This document shows positions 8,779-19,994 of a stretch of DNA of 64,000 bases, piece after piece. The stretch comes from Anolis carolinensis (taxonomy: Eukaryota), in NCBI RefSeq assembly GCF_035594765.1, contig NW_026943819.1, positions 1,488,001-1,552,000 of the forward strand, written 5' to 3'. Position numbers and translations under genes: made by a program. The notes under the pieces are model-generated. The model worked only from the letters and a program-made list of their open reading frames with translations. It had not been told where the DNA came from and did not search any database. Numbering within the stretch: the first letter of the stretch is position 1; every line of letters begins with the position of its first letter.

Positions 8779-11360
8779 TACAGGAAAAGAATACATGTAA
8801 TAATAAATAGATTAAAATAATAAATGCAATAATAATAAGATCAGAGTGAAATAATAAATGTATTACAGTAGAGTCTCACTTATCCAAGCCTCGCTTATCC
8901 AAGTTTCTGGATTATCCAAGCCATTTTTGTAGTCAATGTTTTCAATATATCGTGATATTTTGGTGCTAAATTCGTAAATACAGTAAATTACAACATAACA
9001 TTACTGCGTATTGAACTGCTTTTTCTGTCAAATTTGTTGTAAAACATGATGTTTTGGGGCTTAATTTGTAAAATCATAACCTAATTTGATGTTTAATAGG
9101 CTTTTCCTTAATCCCTCCTTATTATCCAAGATATTCACTTATCCAAGCTTCTGCCGGCCTGTTTAGCTTGGATAAGTGAGACTCTACTGTAATAATAATA
9201 AAAATAGAGTAAAATAAATGTAATAGTAGCAACAATAATAGAGAAAAATAATAAATGTAATAATACCAATAATAATAGAGAAAAATAATAAATGTACCAT
9301 ATATTCTCGAGTATAAGCTGACCCAAATATAAGCCAACCAGAACCCTCACCCGATTATAAGCCGAGGGGGGCTTTTTCAGTCTTAAAAAAAGGGCTGAAG
9401 AACTAGGCTTATACTCGAGTATATACAGTACATCTTTGTGATAGTTGATGATTCCATTAGAGATGGTGAAGGGGCCATAAGCCAGAAAATAGTAAACTAT
9501 TGCTTATGTAGCTTTGCCTCTGCATATGCCCTTCCCTTCCTGTGAGCTGGTGCCTTTCTTCAGGAAGTTCCAAAGGGAGAAGAAAGATCAGAGTAAACGA
9601 GTTAGGTCATAGGTATCACTTATGGGTGTGGAAGGTGAGGAAGATCCTCAGGCATTGGTCAAATTTTAGATAAGCCAAAGGTATATATTCTTTGTTGCGA
9701 CAGTCTTTTGCATAGTATGGACCCACTAAAGTGGGCGCATACGGCGATTTGCCTTGTCATCAGCTGTGATAACAATAAAAGTCTTGTTTTATTGCTCTCC
9801 TGGGATTCTCTCCTTTCCTTCCAACAATGGAAGGAGAAGCGGCCACTCACCCGGAGGCCTCCCACGGGCGGCTCCCACGCCGTCTCCTCCCCGGAAGCGG
9901 GCTTTGCGGTTCTTGCAGCAAAAGTAGACCAGGCAGAGGACCCCCAGGGTCAGGAGGAGGTCCGAGACGATGATTCCGGCCAGGAGCCCGAGGCCCAGCT
10001 CCACGCAGTCCTGGCAAACTGCAAGAAGGGTCACTCAGTAGGACATCCCGTGGCCTTGCTCTCCTCCCTCCAACCACAGTCTGCCCCCCAGCACAGACCT
10101 TTGACCTTCAGGAAGAGCTTGCTGCTTCCGCAAGTACACTCTTCCCTGCGCTCGACAATATCCGTGAGGATCAAAGGGTTGCGATGCTCCTTCTGATTGC
10201 TACACTGGATTGTTGCATCTGTGGGGCAGCTGAGGGTCACGGTGCCCTTCCAGACGTCCACTCTGATCTCTGAAGAGAAGCAATGAGAAGGCAGTGGGGG
10301 GAGAGGAAGGATTGCATGGGCAAACTTGGGGACTTCAGGTGTTTTGGACTGCAACTCCCACCATTCCTAACAGCCTCAGACCCCTTCCTCCCCCCCCCCC
10401 CCCAGCTGCTTAAGTGGCTGGGGGGAAAATCCAGCACTACGCTGGCAAAGATACTGGTGGGTACTGGCCCCCCCAAGCCCACCCCAGTTGTTTTCCCCAG
10501 TCTACCCAGTGCCTGCTCTTCCCTGAATAAGGGCCCTTCAGTCTTCCCAGAATAAGGGAATAAGGGCAAGAACTGTTCTGAGAAAGCTGCACAGATCCTT
10601 ACCGTTGGCAACGCTGCTGCAAGCAGGGCCAGCTGCAAAAGAAAGAGAAGGCACCAATGAGGAGGACATAGGCATCGCTTGGCAATGGATCTTGGGTGAA
10701 GAACTGAGCTTGCTTCCTTTTTGGACTTGTGGGTCGCAGGGCTCTTTTGGGGACCTTTGTGGGCCCGACTCCAGGAAGCAGAGGGAGAGACCCTGTTGGA
10801 CCCTTGGGCTGAGTCGCTGGGTTGCTGTGAGTTTTCCGGCCATGGAAGCCTCCGACGATACAAAACAGCAGGGTCCTTTCCCCAGCTATCTTTGTTTCCT
10901 TCCTCAAATGGGGTCGGCAGGAGTCCGTTTGTGGCCTTGTCTGGCCTGCGGGCATCACCCCAGAGAGGAAAGCCCACCACTGCTGTCTGGTGGGATTGCA
11001 GGGAAGTGGGTTGGGAAGGCCTCGGCAGTTCTCTCTTCCTATGGAGCATTGTCTTGACCGAAGGGCATCACGCTGTGCTCAAAGGCCCCTTATGCCAAGG
11101 GGAAGGTGGGCTCAGAGCCACAATTGCCCTTCCAGTGCTGGCCAATGCCCCCTGCCTTTCAGGGGTGAGGGTCTTCCCAAGGATGGGATACCCCTTGCCC
11201 TTGCTATAGCTCTGCCCCAATGCCTCTGTCCTCCTCTCCCAGTCCCACATTGCCTACTCTGCATTGGGATGCCAACCCCCCACCCCAGATACACATTGCC
11301 TCCCATGGGATGCTTACAGAGAAGGGCCAGCAAGGCTGCGACAAGGGCCCCGCGACGCAT
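6584..11360 (-). CDS. CD3E: T-cell surface glycoprotein CD3 epsilon chain, 6 coding exons, 171 aa
   Basis: Minus-strand exons 11360-11318, 10632-10603, 10269-10099, 10018-9851, 7319-7273, 6640-6584 (516 nt, in frame). Has the VCQDC stalk, a TM with Asp (GIIVSDLLLT), basic KNRKAR, proline-rich PPPVPNPDY and the ITAM YEPI-x7-YAGL. The 30-nt exon 2 is the least certain. Confidence 0.94.
6672..7062 (+). mobile_element. Solo LTR, family X
   Basis: TG...CA ends, 4-bp TSD CAGT, internal TATA and AATAAA; homologous to 9467-9826. Confidence 0.8.
7535..7879 (+). mobile_element. Solo LTR inserted in a CR1 3' fragment (CR1 about 7422-7940)
   Basis: TG...CA ends, 5-bp TSD ATTTT/ATTGT; the CR1 sequence resumes exactly across the insertion. 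Confidence 0.65.
8412..9428. mobile_element. Tc1/mariner (Tc2-like) non-autonomous transposon containing MITE A; second copy at 25471-26115
   Basis: TIR CTGTATATACT(C/T)GA(G/A)TATAAGCC with TA TSD. Confidence 0.8.
9467..9826 (+). mobile_element. Solo LTR, family X
   Basis: TG...CA ends, 4-bp TSD ATGG, internal TATA and AATAAA. Confidence 0.8.
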
Positions 11361-12095
11361 CTCCCTGCTGGGCCCTCTTTTCCGTGGGGTGAAGGGGCCC
11401 AAGGGCAGAGCCTGTTGCTCGTGACGCAGTGCCAGGCAGGTGTGCTCTCTTCTCTCTCTCTCTCTCGCTCTCTTCTGCAAAAGCGACAGCCCTGCCAGGA
11501 AGTGCAGAAAGGGGGGGGGGCTAAGAAGAGGAGGAGGAAGAGGAAAACCTTTGTCACCTTCAACAAGTGGCCCTGACCTCAGCTCTTCAAATGCTTACAT
11601 TTCAACAAATGCATTCACACCAAATGCATTCATATTCAACCAACACTGACAGCTGGCTCTTCTAAGGATGCCTCCAACTTTGCAAATTGATGGCGAGCTG
11701 CAGAGCAGGCCTGGGCGAACTTCGGCCCTCCGGGTGTTTTGGACTCCAACTCCCACCATTCCTGACAGCCTTGGGCCCCTCAGCCATGACGATAAGCGAA
11801 AATGATTTTGGTCGCTGGTTTATATATTGTTATAATATTGTTGTTTTGCTCTGTCTCACATTCTTGAATTGCATTTTTGTGAAATTACATTTTAAAAACA
11901 GTGTCGTTCGGGCTCATCCCCATGTAAGCTGCCTGAGTCCCTTCGGGGAGATGGAGGCGGGGTACAAAAATAAAATAATAATAATAATAATAAAAATAAT
12001 AATTATTATTATTATTTGTATCACAGAATCACAAGTTGAACACTTCCCAAGTGTTTAGGACTGTGTGATGTATGATCATTATGATTTTGATTTTG

Positions 12096-12146
<51 letters not shown>

Positions 12147-12568
12147 TCGTATCACAAAATCACAAGCCAAATACTTCCCAAGTGTTTAGGACTGTGTGAT
12201 GTATGATTATTATGATTTTGATTATTATTATTATTATACAACATTGTATGACACAGCAAACAAGATAGATATGCTGGATTTTGTATCACAAAATCCCAAG
12301 TCGAACACTTCCCAAGTATCTAGGACTGTATGATCTTGTTGTTATTATTATTTATTATTATTTTATGACACAGCAAACAAGATAGACATGCTGGATCTTG
12401 TATCACAAAATCACAAGTCGAACACTTCCCAAGTGTCTAGGACTGTGTGATGTATTTTCGGATGATGCGTGCAAATCCGTCAGGTGGCCTTTTGCAGTTG
12501 GCAGATCATGATTTTGTCAATGTCTATTGTTTTCAAATGCCAGCTGAGATCTTTTGGCACAGCACCCA

Positions 12569-12618
<50 letters not shown>

Positions 12619-13533
12619 AGTAGAGTCTCACTTATCCAAGCTAAATGGGCTGGCAGAAGCTTGGATAAGCGAATATCTTGGATAATAAGGAGGGATTAAG
12701 GCAAAGCCTATTAAACATCAAATTAGGTTATGATTTTACAAATTAAGCACCAAAACTTCATGTTATACAACAAATTTGACAGAAAAAGTAGTTCAATACG
12801 CAGTAATGTTATGTTGTAATTACAGTAGAGTCTCACTTATCCAAGCCTCGCATATCCAAGCCTCTGGATAATCCAAGCCATTTTTGTAGTCAATGTTTTC
12901 AATATATTGTGATATTTTGGTGCTAAATTCTTAAATACAGTAATTACAACATAACATTACTGTGTATTGAACTACTTTTTCTGTCAAATTTGTTATATAA
13001 CATGAAGTGTTGGTGCTTAATTTGTAAAATCGTAACCTAATTTGATGTTTAATAGGCTTTTCCTTAATCTCTCCTTATTATCCAAGATAGTCGCTTATCC
13101 AAGGTTCTGCCGGCCCATTTAGCTTGGATAAATGAGACTCTACTGTACTGTATTTAAGAATTTAGCACCAAAATATCACAATATATTGAAAACATTGACT
13201 ACAAAAATGGCTTGGATTATCCAGAGGCTTGGATAAGCGAGGCTTGGATAAGTGAGACTCTACTGTATTATTATTTTATGGATTCATGGCCATTAAGGGG
13301 GCAGCCAGACCCTGAGCCTGCTTTGTGTTGGGGGAGAGAGAGAAAGAGAGAGCCGGGGCATGTGCAGAGTGCCCAGGAAACGAAAGGCAGAGTCTCTGCT
13401 GGACTTCCTGGTTGGAGGGTTGGGAGGGGAGGGGCAGAGGTGTTTGGGGAGGAGGAGAGAGAGAGCCGGGCTCGGGTTCCGCCAGGTGTGTTCCGGAGGT
13501 GCCAGAAGGGGCTCTGCCTGCCTTACCTGCGCC

Positions 13534-14776
13534 ATGGGCGTCTCACCTGGACTCACCTGGAGGGGCTTCCTGCTCCTGCTGCTGGGTAAGCCTCGCCAAG
13601 AGACCCCTCGACTGGGAAAAAGGCGAAAGAGGAAAGAAAGAGGGAGGAAAGAGGGAGAAGGGAAAGACCTGGGCCTCCCAGCCAGGGATTTCCAGGTAAA
13701 GAGGGCGGAAGGTCCCGTGACTCTGCCTTCCACCTCGGCTCCAGTCCTTCGTATTGTCGAAGGTCTTCCATGGCCGGAATCGCTAGTTTGCTGCGAGTTT
13801 TCCGGACTGTCCGGCCATGGCTCCAGAAGCATTCTCTCCTGACGTTTCGCCTGCATCTGTGGCAGGCATCCTCAGAGGTAGGAGCCTCCGGTGGCCTAGG
13901 GGATAAAAGCCTCGTGACTTGAAGGTTGGGTTGCTGACCTGAAGGCTGCCAGGTTCGAATCCCACCCGGGGAGAGCGCGGATGAGCTCCCCCTGTCAGCT
14001 CCAGCTCCATGCGGAGCTCCAGCTCTATCAGCTCCAGCTCCCACAAGGATGGTAAAACATCAAAACATCCGGGCAACGTCCTTGCAGACGGCCAATTCTC
14101 TCACTCCAGAAGCAACTCAGGTTGCTCCTGACACAGAAAAAAAAAATCCTCAGAGCTTGTGAGGTCTGTTGGGAACGAGGCAAGTGGGGTTCCTATATCT
14201 GTGGAGTGATGTCTGTTGGAGGCAAGTGGGAATGTTGCCATTGGCCACCTTGATGAGCACTGAATAGCCTTGTAGCTTCAAAGCCTCTAATATCCTAGGC
14301 TTTCGGGAAGAGATATTCAGAGACGAATCCCAGACGCTTGGACCTAATGAGTTTGTGTGCTGTACATGTAATCTATCATACTACAGTAGAGTCTCACTTA
14401 TCCAAGCCTCGCTTATCCAACATTCTGGATTATCCAATGCATTTTTGTAGTCAATGTTTTCAATACATCATGATATTTTGGTGCTAAATTTGTAAATACA
14501 GTAATTACTACATAGCATTACTGCGTATTGAACTACATTTTCTCTCAAATTTGTTGTAGAACATGATGTTTTGGTGCTTAATTTGTAAAATCATAACCTA
14601 ATTTGGTGTTTAATAGGCTTTTACCTAATGCCTCCTTATTATCCAACATATTCGCTTATCCAAGGTTCTGTCAGCCCGTTTATGTTGGATAAGTGAGACT
14701 CTACTGTAGATCATTCAGGGATGATCCTATCAAAGGCAACCTGACAGCCTAGCAGCCCATTCCCTACAGAAGATAA

Positions 14777-14825
<49 letters not shown>

Positions 14826-15018
14826 CCACCTCTCCTTCGGCTCAGGTATTTCCCTTTCCGCAAATAACTTATTTTCATAGGTTAATGTTTAAATTTTATA
14901 ATTGGTGTATGTTTTGTTTACTCATGTATTGTTTATTGCCACTGTTTTTATCTGATATTATCTGTTAGCCGCCCCAAGTCCCTTTCGGGGGAGATGGAGG
15001 CAGGGTATAAATAAACTG

Positions 15019-15056
<38 letters not shown>

Positions 15057-15164
15057 AATACTCAAGGAATAGATCATTTAGGGACAATCTCATCTAAAGT
15101 AACCTGAAAGCCTATTAGCCCCAGCCCATTCCCCACAGTTGATAGAGGGATAAATAGATAGATA

Positions 15165-15210
<46 letters not shown>

Positions 15211-15599
15211 CCTCCTCTCTTTTGGCTCAGGTAACCTGGAAGCCTACCAGTCCCAGCCCATTCCCTACAGTTGACAGAGAGATACATATGTTATTTGAGT
15301 GATTATATTGTTTCTGTTTATGTGATTGTTTTAGTCAATTGTTATGTTGTTTTTTTGGTATTCTTATAGCATTTTATAGTGTTTCAGTGTTTTATTTATT
15401 CAATGTTTTATGCTGATTTTATATTGGAAACCGCCCTGAGTCCCTCAGTAACTTTTACTTACTTACTTAATACTTACATAGATAGATAAAATAATAAGGA
15501 TAATGATAATAATAATAATTCACCTCTCCTTCGGCTCAAGTAACCTGAAAGCCCTATCAGCCTCAGCCCCTTCCCCACAGTTGATAGAGAGATAAATAG

Positions 15600-15655
<56 letters not shown>

Positions 15656-16832
15656 CACACAGTCCTAGACACTTGGGAAGTGTTTGACTTGTGATTTTGT
15701 GATATGAAATCCAGCATGACTATCTTGTTTGCTGTGTCATACAATAAAATAATAATAATAATCCACCTCTCCTTCGGCTCAGGTAACCTGAAAGCCTATC
15801 AGCCCCAGCCCATTCCACACAGAAGATAAATAGACAGATGGAATACTACTAGTACTACTACTACTACTCCACCTCTCCTTCGGCTTAGGTATTCCGTGTG
15901 TATTCCGGCAAATACGGAATAGATAATTCAGGGACAATTCTATCAAAGGCAACCTCAAAGCCTATCAGTCCCAGCCCATTCTCCGCAGAGGATAAATAGC
16001 TAGATGGAATACTACTATTACTCACTACTGCTCCACCTCTCTTTCAGCTCAGGTATTTATTTCCCTTTCCGCCCAGCCAGTACTCATGGATTAGATAATT
16101 CAGGGACAATCCTATCAAAGGCAACCTCAAAGCCTATCAGCCCCAGCCCATTCCCCACAGGGGACAGGAAATCCCATCACCCGAGGACCATCTAACCCAG
16201 GCTGGCCCTCCCACCAGCAGTGACCACGGTCATCACCACCCTCAGCTGACACCTCTTGCAACACTTCCTTGCTCCCATTCTTTGGGCCTCTTTTGCAACC
16301 TCTTCACCCGGATGTCATGTTGGAGTGAGTTCATGGCCTCTCCCTCCGTAGTGGGGCTCCCCATGTGTCACTACACAGAGAGGGAGGGGCTTTGGATGGG
16401 GGGCTGTTCCTTGACTCTGGACCCCAGGGCTTCCTGCCCAGTCTGGGAGGGGAAAGGGACTGGATTAACTGGTGGGCAGCTCCTAATAATAATAGTAATA
16501 ATAATAATAATACAAAATCCAGCATATCTATCTTGTTTGCTGTGTCATGCAATAATAATAATAATAATGATAATAATAATAATAATATTTTTGAAGTCAA
16601 AAATCAGAAACTCCTCAAAGCACAGCAGACAAAAAATCAATACAAGATAACCGCACTACAAACTAGAGCTGACAGCTGGCACAACAAAACACTGAATGGA
16701 AAGCTCCTCGACAAAATTGAAGGAAAAGCTGATAAGGAGAAGACCTGGCTCTGGCTCACGAATGGGACCCTGAAGAAGGAGACAGAAGGCCTGATCCTTG
16801 CAGCCCAGGAGCAAGACATCAGGACAAAGGCA

Positions 16833-16884
<52 letters not shown>

Positions 16885-16978
16885 GAAGACCTGGCTCTGG
16901 CTCACGAATGGGACCCTGAAGAAGGAGACAGAAGGCCTGATCCTTGCAGCCCAGGAGCAAGACATCAGGACAAAGGCA

Positions 16979-17024
<46 letters not shown>

Positions 17025-17118
17025 GAAGACCTGGCTCTGGCTCACGAATGGGACCCTGAAGAAGGAGACAGAAGGCCTGATCCTTGCAGCCCAGGAGCAA
17101 GACATCAGAACAAAGGCA

Positions 17119-17167
<49 letters not shown>

Positions 17168-19938
17168 GAAGACCTGGCTCTGGCTCACGAATGGGACCCT
17201 GAAGAAGGAGACAGAAGGCCTGATCCTTGCAGCCCAGGAGCAAGACATCAGGACAAAGGCAATCAAGGCCAAGATCGAAAAATCAGCTGATGACCCAAAA
17301 TGCAGACTGTGCAAGGAAACTGATGAAACCATGGATCATATCCTCAGCTGCTGTAAGAAAATCGCACAGACAGACTACAAACAGAGGCACAACCATGTGG
17401 CCCAAATGATCCATTGGAACTTATGCCTCAAGTCCCACCTCCCAGAAGCAAAGAACTAGTGGGATCACAAAACAGCAAAGATAATGGAAAATGAGCACGC
17501 AAAAATACTGTGGGACTTCCGAATCCAGACTGACAAAGTTCTGGAACACAACACACCAGACATCACAGTTGTGGAAAAGAAAAAGGTTTGGATCATTGAT
17601 GTTGCCATCCCAGGTGACAGTCGCATTGACGAAAAACAACAGGAAAAACTCAGCCGCTATCAGGACCTCAAGACTGAACTTCAAAGACTCTGGCAGAAAC
17701 CAGTGCAGGTGGTCCCGGTGGTGATGGGCACACAAAAGATCTCAGCCGGCATTTGGAAACAATAGACATTGACAAAATTACGATCTGCCAACTGCAAAAG
17801 GCCACCCTGCTGGGATCTGGGCGCATCATCCGAAAATACATCACACAGTCCTAGACACTTGGGAAGTGTTCGACTTGTGATTTTGTGATATGAAATCCAG
17901 TAGAGCTATCTTGTTTGCTGTGTCATAATAAAATAATAAGTTTATTTGTATCCTGCCACCATCTCCCCCGGAGGGGACTCGGGGCGGCTCACAGAAATAT
18001 TAGATACAAAACAATAACAATGTACAATACATCAATAAACAATAACATGCACCAATTATAATATTTAAAACATTGACCAGAAAAATGAAATACACTTACT
18101 GAAATCATAGAATTAAAAACAGTGACGTTGCAATGATAGATTAGCAAAGTGCACATTAAAAGTTGCGAACTCAGAAACATAGATAAAGTGCCACAGATTC
18201 GTTTGTAATGTAACACGATCTCACGATTTTACAAAATGCATTGGGTTGTGGGTGAACTACAACTCTCATCGTGCCAGTTTAACCCCCTGTAACTCCATCA
18301 GTACAGTAGAGTCTCATTCATCCAATGTTCTGGATTATCCAACGCATTTTTGTAGTCAATGTTTTCAATACATCATGATATTTTGGTGCTAAATTCGTAA
18401 ATACAGTAATTACTACATAGCATTACTGCCTATTGAACTACTTTTTCTGTCAATTTTTTTTGTATAACATGATGTTTTGGTGCTTAATTTGTAAGATCAT
18501 AACCTAATTTGATGTTTAAATAACCTAATTTGATGTTTTCCTTAATGCCTCCTTATTATCCAACATATTCGCTTATCCAACATTCTGCCGGCCCGTTTAT
18601 GTTGGATAAGTGAGACTCTACTGTACTTAAAGTTTGTGATGTTGGACAAGTTCTCTCTGGAGGCACCATCGGTGGGGTTGAGTGTGCTCTCTGTCCGTAG
18701 GGTAAACTATAACTCCCACTATGGTGAGTCCGTCCCTTCAGACCCCTCCACTAGGTTGAGTTAAGTCGAGGAGGTTCCATGTGCCAAGTTTGGACCAGGT
18801 CTATCATCGGTGGAGGTCACAATTTCCCTGGTTGTGGGTGAACTACAACTCCCAGAAAGGAAGATCAGTTCTCCCAAACTCTTCCAATAATCACATCTCA
18901 GCATATCAGGTATGTGTGTTCCTTCCTGGGCCAGAGTGCAACTCTCCTTGCTTTCTTCCAAGGTCTCTGGACGGTGTCTTCCATGGAGATCTACACGCCG
19001 GGCTCCTTGGAGGTTCTGAACGGGACCGACGTGCGGCTGAAGTGCACCTTCCGCAGCCGGGAGCCCGTCGGGCAGCGGCTGGTCATCTCCTGGGACTTCC
19101 AATCCCGGGACAAGAGCCAAACGGAGTTTGTAAGTTGCCTTCTGCCTTCGGGATGGGAGCCTGTTCTTTCAGGAGACGTTTGATGGCTGTGGGGGGCGGG
19201 GGTTCCTCCACAAGTAGAGGAATAAGATGATGCTGACTCTACACCCTGATCAAAGTGGCCCCTGGTCAAAAAAGGTTGGAAACCACGGGTTTAAATGAAT
19301 AATAATAATAATAATAATAATAAAACTTTATTTATAACCCGCCACCATCTCCCCAATGGGGACTCGGGGCGGCTTACATGGGGCCATGCCCAGACACGAT
19401 ACAATATAACAAAATAAAACAATATATCATAACACAATATAATAGTACAAAAATAATCATATACATTACAACACAAATCAGAGCAGACAGGGCGGGCCAC
19501 ATGAACATTTAATTAAAAACTCGGGAGAGAGAGGCATATAAATAAAGAGAACAGGGGTATAAGACGGAACAGTCCAAACAGTCCAAAGAATAAAATCCAA
19601 GGGGAGTAATCAAAGGTATATAACATTTACTCCCCGAAGGCACATCGAAAAAGCCACGTTTTTAGATCTTTCTTAAAAGCCAATAAGGTGGGGGCTTGCC
19701 TGATCTCAGAGGGCAATGAATTCCACAGTCGGGGGGCCACAGCAGAAAAGGCCCTCTCTCTCGTTCCCACTTATATGAATCCATATAAGCACATATTAAA
19801 GTAGGAGTCTCCAAACCAGGGGTCCCCAAACTACAGCCCGCGGGCCACATGCGGCCCATTGAAGCCATTTATCCGGCCCCCACAGCACAAAGGCAGAAGG
19901 GGGTTGGGTTAAATGGCCCAAGGGGTCTCTTCCAACCC

Positions 19939-19994
<56 letters not shown>

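Noticed and set aside
13881-14146. tRNA genes suggested by GGTTCGAATCC boxes
   Set aside because: They are SINE heads with TSDs and tails, without a complete cloverleaf.
16365-16919. Poly-Asn, poly-Ile, poly-Leu and poly-Tyr ORFs throughout the window
   Set aside because: Translations of (AAT)n microsatellites joined to R4 fragments.
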